Shown here in pieces: positions 9,073-19,800 of a stretch of 64,000 bases of DNA; the stretch's first letter is position 1, and the number at the start of each line of letters is the position of its first letter. The DNA lies in NCBI GenBank assembly GCA_964354375.1, contig CAYGZQ010000002.1:44866-108865 (forward strand), written 5' to 3'. Under the pieces are notes generated by a model that saw only the letters and a list, made by a program, of their open reading frames with translations, was not told where the DNA came from and searched no databases. A program made the translations under genes and the position numbers. Source of the DNA: an uncultured Planctomycetota bacterium (GTDB taxonomy: Bacteria; JAJVIF01; JAPKYR01).

Positions 9073-9471
9073 ATGAGCGGAGGTTTTATGATGCCGCCGG
9101 TCCCGATCCCGTTCATGGAGATCCCGACAGCGATTGTGGCCCTCGGGATGCTCGGGTTCGAGGTGGTGCAGGGCATCAACACCCTCGTGAACGCCAACCG
9201 TAACGAGCTCGTGGAGAATATTCTTGTCAACGAGAACGGGCTGAGGATCGGGGTCCGCACGAACAGAGAAGGCAGGCTCGAACTTCTCGTCGATGAGGAC
9301 GAGCTGAGAGAGAAGGAGGGTCTGGAGATCAAGGAGTTCCATCAGCAGATCCAGAAGAACTACGCGTACGTGAAGCTGATGGAGCGTCTCAAGGCTGAAG
9401 GCTACACCGTGGTGGAGGAGACCGAGGAAGCCAACGAAACGGTCAGAGTGGTGGTGAGAAGATGGCGATAA
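9073..9471 (+). CDS. Small conserved hypothetical protein, DUF1257/Ycf35-like (tentative)
   Basis: ATG preceded by AGGAGGA. 132 aa ending ...VRVVVRRWR, reminiscent of Ycf35-family C-termini. Its stop overlaps the start of the next small gene. Confidence 0.4.
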   Translation: MSGGFMMPPVPIPFMEIPTAIVALGMLGFEVVQGINTLVNANRNELVENILVNENGLRIGVRTNREGRLELLVDEDELREKEGLEIKEFHQQIQKNYAYVKLMERLKAEGYTVVEETEEANETVRVVVRRWR

Positions 9472-9665
9472 AAGAGGAATTCGAAATCAGGATCAGCAAG
9501 GAAGGGGAGCTCAAGGTGGTCGCGAAGGGGTTCAGGGGGGCCGAGTGCGAGGTTCCGCTGAAGAAGATCCAGAAGATTCTGAATGCCGAGACCGCCCGAA
9601 TCGAGCACACGGAGGAATTCAGCAAGATAACGGGCGAGGTCGAAGCGAAGATCAAGAAGAAATGA
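9462..9665 (+). CDS. Small conserved hypothetical protein, DUF2997-like (tentative)
   Basis: 67 aa, MAIKEEFEIRISKEGELKVVAKGFRGAECEV... matches the pattern remembered for DUF2997. Start overlaps the previous gene (translational coupling). Confidence 0.4.
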   Translation: MAIKEEFEIRISKEGELKVVAKGFRGAECEVPLKKIQKILNAETARIEHTEEFSKITGEVEAKIKKK

Positions 9666-9740
9666 GTCGGAGCGAACGATGAGCGCCATGGAAGTCCGAA
9701 ACACGAGGACGTGTTCGGCACAGGACGCATCCGGCCGTTG

Positions 9741-11789
9741 CTACAGCCTGAAGATCCGGAGCCCGTTCATGTCGTCCCACATATACGCGTAGCCCCCCGA
9801 CACGGCCAGCCTGGAAGAGAGCACCTGCCAGGTCATCATCTCATCCGTCGTGAACGGACTCTCGACCGCAGATTCGGGAAGATCGATCCTGACTGCTCTG
9901 ACAGCCCGATCGCCCGGGGCGTCCGAATACGCATACCGGTCCGATAGGGCTACCGACCATCCCCACGGAGAAAGGGTGTTCACTGTGGACGCCGATTCAG
10001 GGGGGTCGATGTCAACAATGTGAAGCAGGGAGCCTGCCGGCCCCCACCCAAGATCGCCGATCACTGTGCACGCAGCGTACGCGTATCCGTCCGAAATGAC
10101 CAAGTCACCAGTCACTTCCGGCCACACGATGTCGTTCACAACGGATGCCGATTCCGGAGGATCGATGTCGATTATCTGAAGGCCGCCTCCGAAGAACTCT
10201 GCGCCTTCCTGCCAGCACATTCCCCCCACATACGCATAGCCCCCCGACACAGCCAGTGTAGAGGAAAATCCAGGAATGGCCACGCTCTTGATCACCGAGG
10301 CAGACTCGGGTGGGTCGACGTCGACTATCTGGAGCCAGGACTCTCCCGGTTTCTCCGGACCGAACTCTCCGGACCCTGCAGCCGCAACATACGCGTACCC
10401 ACCCGACGCCGCCACTCCCATCGAACCCCCGGAGATTTCAACGGTCTTCACTATGGATGCAGATTCGGGAGGATCAATGTCGATTATCTGGAGGCGGAAC
10501 TCCGTCAAGACATCGGGATCCGGACCTCCCCCCACACTGACAAACGCATAGCCACCCGACACAGCCAGACCGATGGCTCCCGCCGCATCAACGATCTTCA
10601 CTATCGACGGAGATTCCGGAGCATCGAGATCCAGTATCACAAGACCGGACTCTGTGTCCGCAACATACGCGTAGCCTTCCGAGACCGTGACGTCCGCGAC
10701 TGACCACGACTTGTCCACGCAGGCGACGATTGATGTAGATTCGGGAGGATCGATATCGACCACATTGAGACCGGCAGCCATGTCGGCCACATACGCGTAA
10801 CCCCCTTCGATCGTCACATCCACCGCAGAGGGCATGTCGACGGTCTTCACGACCGACGCAGAATCGGGAGGATCTATATCGAGTACCTGGAGGCCGAGCT
10901 CTCTATTCGCCACGTACGCGTAGCCTCCCGACACTGCTACGCAAACAGCGTCTCCCAGGGTCTCCACGGTTTTCACAATCGAGGCAGACTCGGGAGCGCC
11001 GATATCGACAATCTGGAGGCCTTCATCGAAGTCCGCCACATAGGCGTAAGGCCCTGATATGTCCACACCTTGGGCGAGCCCCGTTGTGGGCACAGTCGTC
11101 AATATCGACGCGGACTCGGGAGAATCGATGTCCACAATCTGAAGTCCGCCGAGACCGTCGGCCACATAAGCGTATTCGCCCGACACGGCTACACTTTGGG
11201 CTATGGCCGGCATATCAACTGTTTTCACGACCGACGCAGACTCGGGAGGATCAACGTCGATTAAGTGGAGTCCGCCGACGCCGGAGACCACAAAAGCGTA
11301 CCCATCCGACACGTCCACACCCTGGGCGACCACCGGTGCAGAGATGATTTTCACTACGGACGCAGACTCGGGAGGATAAATGTCAACAATCACAAGACCC
11401 GAGAAACCCGCCGCAACATACGCATAGCCACCCGATACCGCTACCCCGATGGCCTCTCCCGGCGAGGTCTCGCCGCCGGGCTCCATCGGCATGACGACTT
11501 TGTTGACCCAGACAGGGTTCGATGGGTCGGAAATGTCGAAGATGTGAAGGCCGTTTGGGCCACCGGCCACGTAGCAGAGGGTCCCGTCGACGCACATGGA
11601 CCTTACCGAGATGTTCAGCCACGGAGGGGTGATATCCACTGGGTTGAAGGATGCCGCATCCTGCGGAGCTTCAGGCGAATCCGAGCCTCCGTACGCCCTG
11701 CCGGTGAAAGAAGGGCTCACCAGAATCAGCAAGAGGACCGCGGGCAGAATCGCAATTGCCCGAGTCGCGGCCAACCTGTTCTTTCTCAT
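9741..11789 (-). CDS. Secreted LVIVD-repeat beta-propeller protein
   Basis: Sec signal peptide MRKNRLAATRAIAILPAVLLLILVSPSF. More than 12 repeats of the GYAYVA...GLxIVDIDPPESASxV type (LVIVD repeat). ATG at 11789 preceded by GGGAGGA. Confidence 0.75.
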   Translation of the reverse strand: MRKNRLAATRAIAILPAVLLLILVSPSFTGRAYGGSDSPEAPQDAASFNPVDITPPWLNISVRSMCVDGTLCYVAGGPNGLHIFDISDPSNPVWVNKVVMPMEPGGETSPGEAIGVAVSGGYAYVAAGFSGLVIVDIYPPESASVVKIISAPVVAQGVDVSDGYAFVVSGVGGLHLIDVDPPESASVVKTVDMPAIAQSVAVSGEYAYVADGLGGLQIVDIDSPESASILTTVPTTGLAQGVDISGPYAYVADFDEGLQIVDIGAPESASIVKTVETLGDAVCVAVSGGYAYVANRELGLQVLDIDPPDSASVVKTVDMPSAVDVTIEGGYAYVADMAAGLNVVDIDPPESTSIVACVDKSWSVADVTVSEGYAYVADTESGLVILDLDAPESPSIVKIVDAAGAIGLAVSGGYAFVSVGGGPDPDVLTEFRLQIIDIDPPESASIVKTVEISGGSMGVAASGGYAYVAAAGSGEFGPEKPGESWLQIVDVDPPESASVIKSVAIPGFSSTLAVSGGYAYVGGMCWQEGAEFFGGGLQIIDIDPPESASVVNDIVWPEVTGDLVISDGYAYAACTVIGDLGWGPAGSLLHIVDIDPPESASTVNTLSPWGWSVALSDRYAYSDAPGDRAVRAVRIDLPESAVESPFTTDEMMTWQVLSSRLAVSGGYAYMWDDMNGLRIFRL

Positions 11790-11839
11790 GTTTGCTTCCT
11801 CCCATTGTCGAAGCGTTGCATAGGACAACGCAAAGGACG

Positions 11840-12364
11840 CTATCTTCCCATCTCGAACAAACTCCCGGCAAGATAGATGTCTTTTTGCACCGACGAAAAC
11901 GGCTCGACGAGGGGATACCTGTGTCCGTGCGACAGGTTCTCGATCGTCGATTTCTCCAGATCGATCCGGAGCTCCTCGCCGGACTCGATGTCCGTGTCGA
12001 TAATGCCGGGACAGACCACAAGCGGCCAGCCTGAGTTGATCGCGTTCCTCTTGTAGATCGCGCCGAAGCTCTCACCGACAATCGCCTGCACACCCAGCGC
12101 GACAAAACAATCGACCGCCTGCTGTCGCGACGACCCGCAGCCGAAATTGTGCCCCACGACGAGAATATCGCCGGGCTTGCACTTCTTCGGGAAATCCTCC
12201 CATCCGGCGAGATTCCCGAACGCGTGCGGGGCCATCAGATTCGGATCGGTGATGTGCAGGTGCGCGTTGTGGAAGATCATGTCGGTGTCAATGTCGTCGA
12301 TGCGCTTGCCGTCCGGCGCGCGTACAACCCAGCACCGTCCTGTCAGTTGATGCGGTCGACTCAT
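11840..12364 (-). CDS. Aconitase-family dehydratase small subunit (LeuD/HacB-like), copy 1
   Basis: [38 protein letters not shown] swivel-domain motifs. ATGA overlap with the upstream large-subunit gene. Confidence 0.8.
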   Translation of the reverse strand: MSRPHQLTGRCWVVRAPDGKRIDDIDTDMIFHNAHLHITDPNLMAPHAFGNLAGWEDFPKKCKPGDILVVGHNFGCGSSRQQAVDCFVALGVQAIVGESFGAIYKRNAINSGWPLVVCPGIIDTDIESGEELRIDLEKSTIENLSHGHRYPLVEPFSSVQKDIYLAGSLFEMGR

Positions 12365-13629
12365 TTCAGCACCTCCCCGGGATCGATAATCTCGCCTGCC
12401 ATGATGGATGCAGCGGCGGTGGCGGGGCTTGAGAGGTAGGTGTCGCCCTTGCCCTGCTTGCCCTTGAAATTGCGGTTGGAGGTCGACACCTGCACCTCGC
12501 CCTCGCCGGTCATGCCGACCTGTCCCGCGGCGCATCCACCGCATCCGGCTGACTGCACCATCGCACCTACACCCACAAACCTCTCCAGCAAGCCCCGTTT
12601 CATCATTTCCACGTACACCCGTCGAGTCGCAGGCACCACCTTGAGCGTTCGACCTTCCGCGATGTGAGCTTCCCTCTTCAGAAACGTGGCTGCGATGTCC
12701 ATGTCGCTGAAACGCCCGTTGGTGCAGCTACCGATGAATGCCGTGTCGATCTTCCGGCCCGCGACATCCGCCACCTGAGCGATATCATTGGGACTCCCGG
12801 GTCGCGCCACGAGCGGGCGGAGATCGTTGATGTCGAACGTGAGCTGCTCGGCGTATTGCGCATCTTCATCCGCCTTGAATTCATCGTACTCGTCGGGATC
12901 GTACGGGAACCCGTCGAAATCCCTAGTCATCTCGTCGGGCATGATGAGCGCGGCGATCGCGCCCATCTCCGTGGCCATGCTCGCGAGCGTGATGCGCTCG
13001 TCGATACTCATCGCGTGGATCGCGCCGCCGTAGAACTCGACCGCCTTCCCGAGAAGCTTGGTCGTGCCGAGCTCGCCGCAAAGCATAAGGGTGATGTCCT
13101 TGGCCGACGTGGGGAACTGGATGTCGCCCTTGATCGTGATTCTGACCGTCTCGGGGACCTCGAACCATGTGTACCCGTTCGCCCAGACAAACGCGATGTC
13201 CTGGTCGCCCATGCCCTGTCCGAAGCATCCGACCGCGCCCAGGATGTTCATGTGGCTGTCGGTCCCGACCGCGGTCCGTCCCGGTTGAGCGTAGTTTTCC
13301 TCGATCAGAATGTGCGATCCGATACCCAGTCCGACATCGTAAACTTTCAGTCCGTGTTTCTGGGCGAAAACCCGGCAGGCCTGCTGGTTGTCGGCGTACC
13401 CGATGGTCGTGGCGGGCGAATTGCAGTCAAGGGTGAAGAGGGTCTTCGAGGGGTCGCTCACGGGACGGTCGGGGTAGTGCTTCTTCAAGTTGGCGACCAC
13501 GCTCGCGCCGCCGAAATCGCGGGCGGAGCGGACATCGATCATGATCCAGACGATTCGTCCGGGCTCCACCTTCTCGCGCATGTCGCGAAGGTGAGAGACG
13601 AAGATTTTCTCGATCACTGTGTGAGGCAT
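12361..13629 (-). CDS. Aconitase-family dehydratase large subunit (archaeal-type LeuC/HacA-like), copy 1
   Basis: GSCTNGRFSD, VQSAGCGGCAAGQVG (Fe-S ligand cysteines), SNRNFKGKQG. About 420 aa. Confidence 0.8.
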   Translation of the reverse strand: MPHTVIEKIFVSHLRDMREKVEPGRIVWIMIDVRSARDFGGASVVANLKKHYPDRPVSDPSKTLFTLDCNSPATTIGYADNQQACRVFAQKHGLKVYDVGLGIGSHILIEENYAQPGRTAVGTDSHMNILGAVGCFGQGMGDQDIAFVWANGYTWFEVPETVRITIKGDIQFPTSAKDITLMLCGELGTTKLLGKAVEFYGGAIHAMSIDERITLASMATEMGAIAALIMPDEMTRDFDGFPYDPDEYDEFKADEDAQYAEQLTFDINDLRPLVARPGSPNDIAQVADVAGRKIDTAFIGSCTNGRFSDMDIAATFLKREAHIAEGRTLKVVPATRRVYVEMMKRGLLERFVGVGAMVQSAGCGGCAAGQVGMTGEGEVQVSTSNRNFKGKQGKGDTYLSSPATAAASIMAGEIIDPGEVLK

Positions 13630-13760
13630 GTCTTCCCCCATCTCTCCTCGAGGTGCTGAGATTGTCTCAGAAGGAGGAAAGGGGGTCAACAGGTGGGCAA
13701 AGCATCCAAGGCCGAATGTAAGAGACTGTCGAAAAAGTCCAAGATATGGACAATCCGCAT

Positions 13761-13829
13761 GTGGGGCAGGCTTTCCAGCCTGCCATTCATGCGGTGTTCA
13801 AAGACGGCAGGCTGGAAAGCCTGCCCCAC
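13761..13829. repeat. Intergenic hairpin repeat (perfect 24-bp inverted repeat GTGGGGCAGGCTTTCCAGCCTGCC / GGCAGGCTGGAAAGCCTGCCCCAC, 21-nt loop)
   Basis: Seen directly. Arms are themselves palindromic. The loop and flank (ATTCATGCGG, TTCAACAG, CGTAAGTAAGGGCGC) share modules with 5025-5272 and 16737-16823. Confidence 0.7.
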
Positions 13830-13889
13830 AAGGCGACTTCTTCAACAGCACCGTAAGTAAGGGCGCTTGCTGGGATAATCTGATATAAT

Positions 13890-16724
13890 GTGTATATGCG
13901 AGCTGCGAAGCGGTTTTGGGTCATTTTTCTGCTTCTCATCATGGGTTGCGGCGGACGAGGGGGTATTACACTGCCGAATGCCGGTGAAAATCCCCAACCC
14001 GACCGTCCCGGATCGGCTGCAAGAACGATCTGGGGCATGTGGCATGTGAGCATCGACTCGAACACCCTCGACGCGTCGATTGATCCGATACGCGGGGCGC
14101 AGTTCACGGCCAATGTCACCAGGTTCATGCAGCCGCCGATCAGCCCGATCAATCTCCTCAGCATCACAGTCGACCCGGAGAGCGATCCGCCGAACGGCTA
14201 CTTCGTGCTGTACATCAGCGCCCATCATCCGTTCCCGGGGATTGCCAGGCTGAGCGGGTTCGATGTGAGGGGGATTCTGTTCTCGGACGGATCGATCCAG
14301 GGAATCCACGACCCGGGCGTGCTTCGCGCAGGTCCAGGGGACACTCGGCTGGTGAACGCGGACGGCTACACCCGCTGGTGGAACTGGCCGGAGTTCATGA
14401 CGTACGGGAAGATTTTCGGAGCCACTCAGGGTGCATCCGCTCCAGTATGCCAGCCGACATCCACCGTGAACGGCTACAAGTACTTCGCGGACGGTCTCGA
14501 TTCCGATCAGCCTGTCGCGTCTCTCGATCCCCTGTCCAGAGGATTCTTCAGGACCGTGCCGGGAGTGAACACGCGCCGCTACGAAGTCCGGTTCAAGCAG
14601 GTGGGCGGACAGACGGTTTTCGCTTTCAACTACGCGATCGACGCGAGCTGGTCGCTGCCCGACCCTGCGTATGAGCCGGACTATCCGGTCGAGGCATTCG
14701 ATCTGTCGGCGAACTGCCGGGAAGCGTTCAATGTGTCGGTGGACGACACCGGATCGACCGCTTGGTACGTGGACGAGACGCATAGCGGTGGCGAGTTGGC
14801 GCTCCGGATAGAGGTATTTGACTGGCAAGGCGGAGCAAGCGGAAATGTTCCGGGCGAAGTGTCCGGCATTTTCCTTGAGGGCGGAGTTTTGCCGGGCGAG
14901 TATGATGTTTTAGCGAACGCGGCGATCCTTCCGGGCACAACCGCGAACTCGTCGATTTACGAGGTGGAAATCGCCGATTTGAGCCTGACAAGCTCAGGAC
15001 TATTCGAGCTTTTCGGGACTGTGGAGAGCTCGAACCCCAACACTTACAAACCCCAGGTACCCAATGGGGATGCGTTTGAGTATCCCGCCGCACCGCTAGC
15101 GGCTTACTTCACGTGCAGGGTTTCGGTGCTCGACGCCGCGCCTTTGGAAATCAGCATCACCGGGATCGAGCCGGACGAGGGCGTCCCCGACTGCACTCCG
15201 GAGCATGTGGTGATCACAGGCGATGGTTTCATCGACGGCGCCACAACATTCCGGCTGGAACGCGCAGCCGAGCCGGATATCGCAGCGGAGAATGTCCAAT
15301 GCATCAGCGTGAGCACGATCGAGGGCGATCTTCTTCTCGCCGGAGCTCTTCCGGGACCGTGGGACGCGGTGGTCGAGAATCCCGGGGGAGCAACCGACGC
15401 GCTTGATGACGGTTTCACCGTTTTGCCCGCGATCTATGTCGACGGCGACAACGCCGGTGACCCGCTCATGGACGGCACGCCGGATCATCCGTTCGACACG
15501 ATCCAGAAGGGGGTCGACGCCGCGTACGGGTCGAGCGACGAGCCGGTCATCGTCGATCAGTGCCTGTCGAACTATGCCCCGTTTACGCTCCACGATAACA
15601 GCCATGTCATCGGCTGCAACTGGAACGACGGATCGGGATGGCCCACAGTCACGCAGGAAGACCAATTCACCTACGGACCCAATGTCAATAACGTCACGAT
15701 CGAGGGGCTGTTCTTCGATCTCTACCTTCACACCGGCACGTACGATCCCAATTGGCACTATTATTATTCATACGGTGTGTATTTCGATCAGGGCACCGGC
15801 ATCACAATTACGAGATGCAAGTTCTCGGGATACGGGACGGTGCAGTTCACCTATTTCGTGCATTTCCTCCGCTCGTCCGATGTGGAAATCTCGTACTGCG
15901 AGTTCACGAATCTGTTTCGTCGCGGACCGACCAACGAGGCCCGGATGTTCAGCGTCCTGGATTGTGAGAGCGTAACGGGCCTCCTGTGCCATCATTGCGA
16001 GTTCCACCACATAGGTTACGATCAGGCGGATTCGGGCGAGTACGGCAGCCAGACCGAAGTGATAAGGACCTACGGCTGGGACCCGCATACATCGAACGAG
16101 GACTTTCACAATCTTCTCATCTACGATCTTTTTGACAAGACAAACGCCGTCGGGCAGACTCAGAATTACCTTTCCGCTTTCGGCATTTATCAGCCATCGG
16201 GAGACTATTTCAAGCTCCATAACGTTACGGTCGACGACATACGTCACGCGGACCCCCCGTCCGACACGATCGTGGAGTCGGGACACGTGAACGCAGCATA
16301 TATGGCGCAGGTATGGGCAGAGGTCAGGACATGGAAGAACAACATTGTCTCGAACATCCAGCCCACGGATGAAAGCATGGAGAGCGGGGTCAGCTCGTAT
16401 TATGGCTGGTGGGTCGACAACTACTGCGATCCGCCCCCCTCTCCTCAGCCAATGGACTATTCTCTCTGTTCCAGCCTGGGGAAACCGCTGCCCAACGGAG
16501 CGAATACGTGGCAATGGGATTCGGGATTCATCAACCAGTGCAGCGCGGGTGTTGGGTGCTACCAGAATTCGCAGGATATCGATCCGATGTACGACATGAC
16601 CCCCGGTTCCGGCTTCTACCATCCGACCAATCCGCTGATAGCGTCCGGCGCGGACGATGGGTCCGAGATGGGGGCGTTTGGAGGTCCGGAAGGCGACTGG
16701 ATTCCGCCGAGCCAGTTGGAGTAG
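13890..16724 (+). CDS. Large surface lipoprotein, paralog A: conserved N-terminal domain + C-terminal right-handed beta-helix (PbH1-like) region
   Basis: Lipobox LLIMGC. N-domain motifs HHPFPG..SGFDVRGI, ADGYTRWWNWPEF, NGYKYFADGL, NYAIDASW, FDLSANCREAF are shared with four other ORFs in the window. The C-terminal part has NVTIEGLFFDL / GITITRCKFSG / VEISYCEFTN beta-helix-like repeats. Confidence 0.7.
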   Translation: MYMRAAKRFWVIFLLLIMGCGGRGGITLPNAGENPQPDRPGSAARTIWGMWHVSIDSNTLDASIDPIRGAQFTANVTRFMQPPISPINLLSITVDPESDPPNGYFVLYISAHHPFPGIARLSGFDVRGILFSDGSIQGIHDPGVLRAGPGDTRLVNADGYTRWWNWPEFMTYGKIFGATQGASAPVCQPTSTVNGYKYFADGLDSDQPVASLDPLSRGFFRTVPGVNTRRYEVRFKQVGGQTVFAFNYAIDASWSLPDPAYEPDYPVEAFDLSANCREAFNVSVDDTGSTAWYVDETHSGGELALRIEVFDWQGGASGNVPGEVSGIFLEGGVLPGEYDVLANAAILPGTTANSSIYEVEIADLSLTSSGLFELFGTVESSNPNTYKPQVPNGDAFEYPAAPLAAYFTCRVSVLDAAPLEISITGIEPDEGVPDCTPEHVVITGDGFIDGATTFRLERAAEPDIAAENVQCISVSTIEGDLLLAGALPGPWDAVVENPGGATDALDDGFTVLPAIYVDGDNAGDPLMDGTPDHPFDTIQKGVDAAYGSSDEPVIVDQCLSNYAPFTLHDNSHVIGCNWNDGSGWPTVTQEDQFTYGPNVNNVTIEGLFFDLYLHTGTYDPNWHYYYSYGVYFDQGTGITITRCKFSGYGTVQFTYFVHFLRSSDVEISYCEFTNLFRRGPTNEARMFSVLDCESVTGLLCHHCEFHHIGYDQADSGEYGSQTEVIRTYGWDPHTSNEDFHNLLIYDLFDKTNAVGQTQNYLSAFGIYQPSGDYFKLHNVTVDDIRHADPPSDTIVESGHVNAAYMAQVWAEVRTWKNNIVSNIQPTDESMESGVSSYYGWWVDNYCDPPPSPQPMDYSLCSSLGKPLPNGANTWQWDSGFINQCSAGVGCYQNSQDIDPMYDMTPGSGFYHPTNPLIASGADDGSEMGAFGGPEGDWIPPSQLE

Positions 16725-16736
16725 TCGCCAGTGTAT

Positions 16737-16823
16737 CCAAGGCCCGAACGTAAGTGAGGGCGCATTCCTAATCGGCCAATATAGCTGCGGTTGACAGCGC
16801 CCTCACTGACGTTCGGGCCCTGG
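16737..16823. repeat. Intergenic hairpin (27-bp arms CCAAGGCCCGAACGTAAGTGAGGGCGC / GCGCCCTCACTGACGTTCGGGCCCTGG) between convergent lipoprotein genes
   Basis: Seen directly. Arm sequence is related to 5022-5040 and 13845-13866. It could act as a bidirectional terminator. Confidence 0.65.
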
Positions 16824-16841
16824 ATATGGATTCCGGGATGT

Positions 16842-19800
16842 TCAATACAGATCGTAAATCTTGAGACCGATCCGCGTGTGCATTTCGTAAAGGATGCCCT
16901 TGTTGTCAAGAAGTCCGGTGTTGGGGAAACCGGGGCAGGGAGTGGTCACCTCGCCGAAGACCTGCGGATCGTTGGGCGGCCAGAGATTGACCGCGACCGT
17001 CGGGCTGACGTCATCGGCGACGTAGGCATTCTGGCTGTCGATTGCCATGAATTTCATGCTGGGCGCGTACGGAAGCGTGACTGATCCGACAACGCTGGGC
17101 GCATTGCCGGTGCTGATGTCGAGGACCTCGAGGGTATCGCTTGTGAGCATGTACAGGTAGTCGCCGCGCACCTTGAGCTCGTTGATATTATGAGCCATTG
17201 GAAGGCTGTTCACCTGCTGCGGTGCATCAATGTTGCTGAGGCTGAAGACCAGGAGGGTTTGTCCGTTCGAGCCATACATGTAGGAGCCTTTGAGCGCCAA
17301 ATGCCACGCCGGCCAGGGAATCATCACGGGCCCCAGCGCTGTAACCGTCGGGAAAGAGCTGATGTCATAGACATATATCAGCCCATTGAGCAGACTGACG
17401 TAGCAGCGGGCGTCCGTAAGGGCCGGGGAGATGACATCCCCCCCGAGGTTCTCACTATATACGGCAAGCAACTCAGGGATGGCCCCCCCGTCGACGAGGG
17501 CAAAGCTCTGTCCCTGGCTGGATCCGATCGCAAAGACATCACCGAGTACAGCGATAGAATCGAAGTACAACCCCGGGATGGGCCAACTTACTGCGACAAC
17601 CGGGTGAAGGACATCGGTGTTGTCCAGGAAAGTGAGCGCCCCGAAAGAGCCGTCGCTCTGGCAGAAAATGCCGTAGTCTCCTGTGAAGGCACCGCAAATG
17701 GGGGCGTTCACGCATTGGGCGTAGGTCATCAGTATCGGACTCAGCGGTATGCTGAGATCATAGACCGCGAAGCCGCCATGCTCACAAACACACATCAGAA
17801 TATCCCCGTCCGCGTCCAGGGATATCGGGAGGGAAAACGTATCCTCGCTGGTCACCACAGTGGGATTATCAGGACTGGAAAAGTCGACGACCGTGACGCC
17901 TTCGTCACCGTCGGCTGCGTAGCACGTGGTTCCATGGACACAGATGTTCACTCCGTCACCCGGCAAATCGGCATAGCCGTGAGCATTAAGCTGCGTAACC
18001 GGCGAATAGCTCAGGACACTCACTCCGGAGACGGGACCGGGCATCACGTAGCTGTGGACAAGATACCAGCCCGAGACCTCAAGGTCCTTGAATTCAGCTC
18101 CCCCACCGGAATAGGCATTGCCGTTCGGGGTGACATCCAGAGGGTTCTCGACCACGAAAACCCTGAGTTGGGCTGGGAATAACACGGCAAGCGAAGTATG
18201 GGAACCCTCGGGGTCAATGACTTCGAGGTCAATGGGTTTCTCGTCGATCACGAAGTCGCTCACCCAGACGGGAGCCGCGGGATTGACCAGGTAATCGTAG
18301 ATGCTCACGCGCCAGTTGAGGCCCGTCCCTGCGGCTACATACATGTATCGGGAATCCATCGCGATATCCGCCACCCCGCTATTAACCACGAGCGCATCCT
18401 CGGTCAGCTCGGGCGCGGCCGGATCCGTGAAGTCAACCATGTCGATTCCCGCCGGATTCGCGGTGGGGTCCTCCCACGAGTACATGTAGGGATAATCAAA
18501 CGCCGGCTCGGAGCCACATTTGTCGTAGATTCGGGACACAAATACAGCACCGCCATAGTCGGACACGTCGTAAACCCAGTATCCGACCACTCCTGCCAGA
18601 AAGGCGTAGTCGCCATGCTTCTTGACCCAGATTGCGTCACAATCAAGATTCCAGGGCGTGATGTCGACCGGATTGTCGGGAATGGTGTCGACGATGCTGA
18701 AGTCCGATTCCAGAAGGTAGACCATTGCGCCCCCTCCGGAGATAGTGAACTGGTCGACTCTGAGCCTTACGTAGTAAGTGCCGGGACCCAGGTCCAGCGG
18801 ATCAAGCTCGATTTTCAGGATGCCGCCGCCCACGATGGTCGATTTGTCGAGCAGTTGCGCCTGTGAATCGTAGAACTCTATCTTGGCCTTCTGGGCATCT
18901 TGATACCATCGGATTTCTCCTTCCGGTCTGAAGCCGGGGGCGATCTCGAAGAAGTACCAATCCTCGTAATCGACAACGTCGCACAACGTGTCCTCGATCT
19001 GATCGCCGGGCCCGATCGGCTCCGCCTCCGGCATGGAGTTGTTCATGTCGGCGTCGCACGGGGGATCGACAATGTCGACCGTAAGAGCCTGCCAGGATGA
19101 AATCGCCGATGATACTGCCGCTGGGTAGCCGAGGCCCTGGTCGTAGGTCTGGCCGTCGTTGGATTCTGCCCTGACCGCGACCAGGGCAGTTCCCGGCTGC
19201 GACGGAACCGCCTTGCCCGTCAGGTCGACTGAGTACTGCGCCTTGATCGGGGTCTCGCCCACCAGCGTGCCGTCAACCACTCCCGCATAGAGATCGGGGG
19301 CGTACGCGCGCACGAGATTGACCTGTCCGGCGATGTCAGCCGCAGCCTGTCCCTGCCAGTCATGGACATTAGTCGCAAGCCTCAGAACTCCGCCCTTCAT
19401 GCCGGTCTCGCTGTCATAGAATAGCGTGTTGACCGTCGGCACGACGACCACATCGTACGGCTCGGGCTCATTCGCACTCAGCGGGAAATCATCCGGGACA
19501 GCGGAAGGCGGATTCGGACTCGGCGCGGCCCACGATGCATCGACGGCATAACCATAGATAACCTGGGGTCCGGGGTTCATCGGAAATCTGATCAGGTACC
19601 TTCTCGTGTTGCTGCTTCCCGCGGTGAAAACACCGCGTCCGGTGTCGGCATCCATCGCGGTGTTGTGGACAGAGCCCATGCTGTCCGTCGCCTCGAGCGC
19701 GTCGGCGAAATATTTGTACGGGTTCACAGTCGCGGTGAGGCTGCTCGCCGACGAGTTCGTCAGGACCCCCTGCGTGTAGCCGAACATCCCCGACTGAGTG

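Noticed and set aside
10020-10703. 227-aa plus-strand ORF inside the LVIVD gene
   Set aside because: Antisense of a highly repetitive, clearly coding LVIVD-repeat gene.
12664-13659. 331-aa ORF antisense to the aconitase-family large subunit
   Set aside because: Shadow ORF; the opposite strand carries Fe-S dehydratase motifs.
13842-16622. Minus-strand ORFs 13842-14828, 15096-15758, 15768-16622
   Set aside because: All antisense to lipoprotein A, which has a signal peptide and the conserved family domain.
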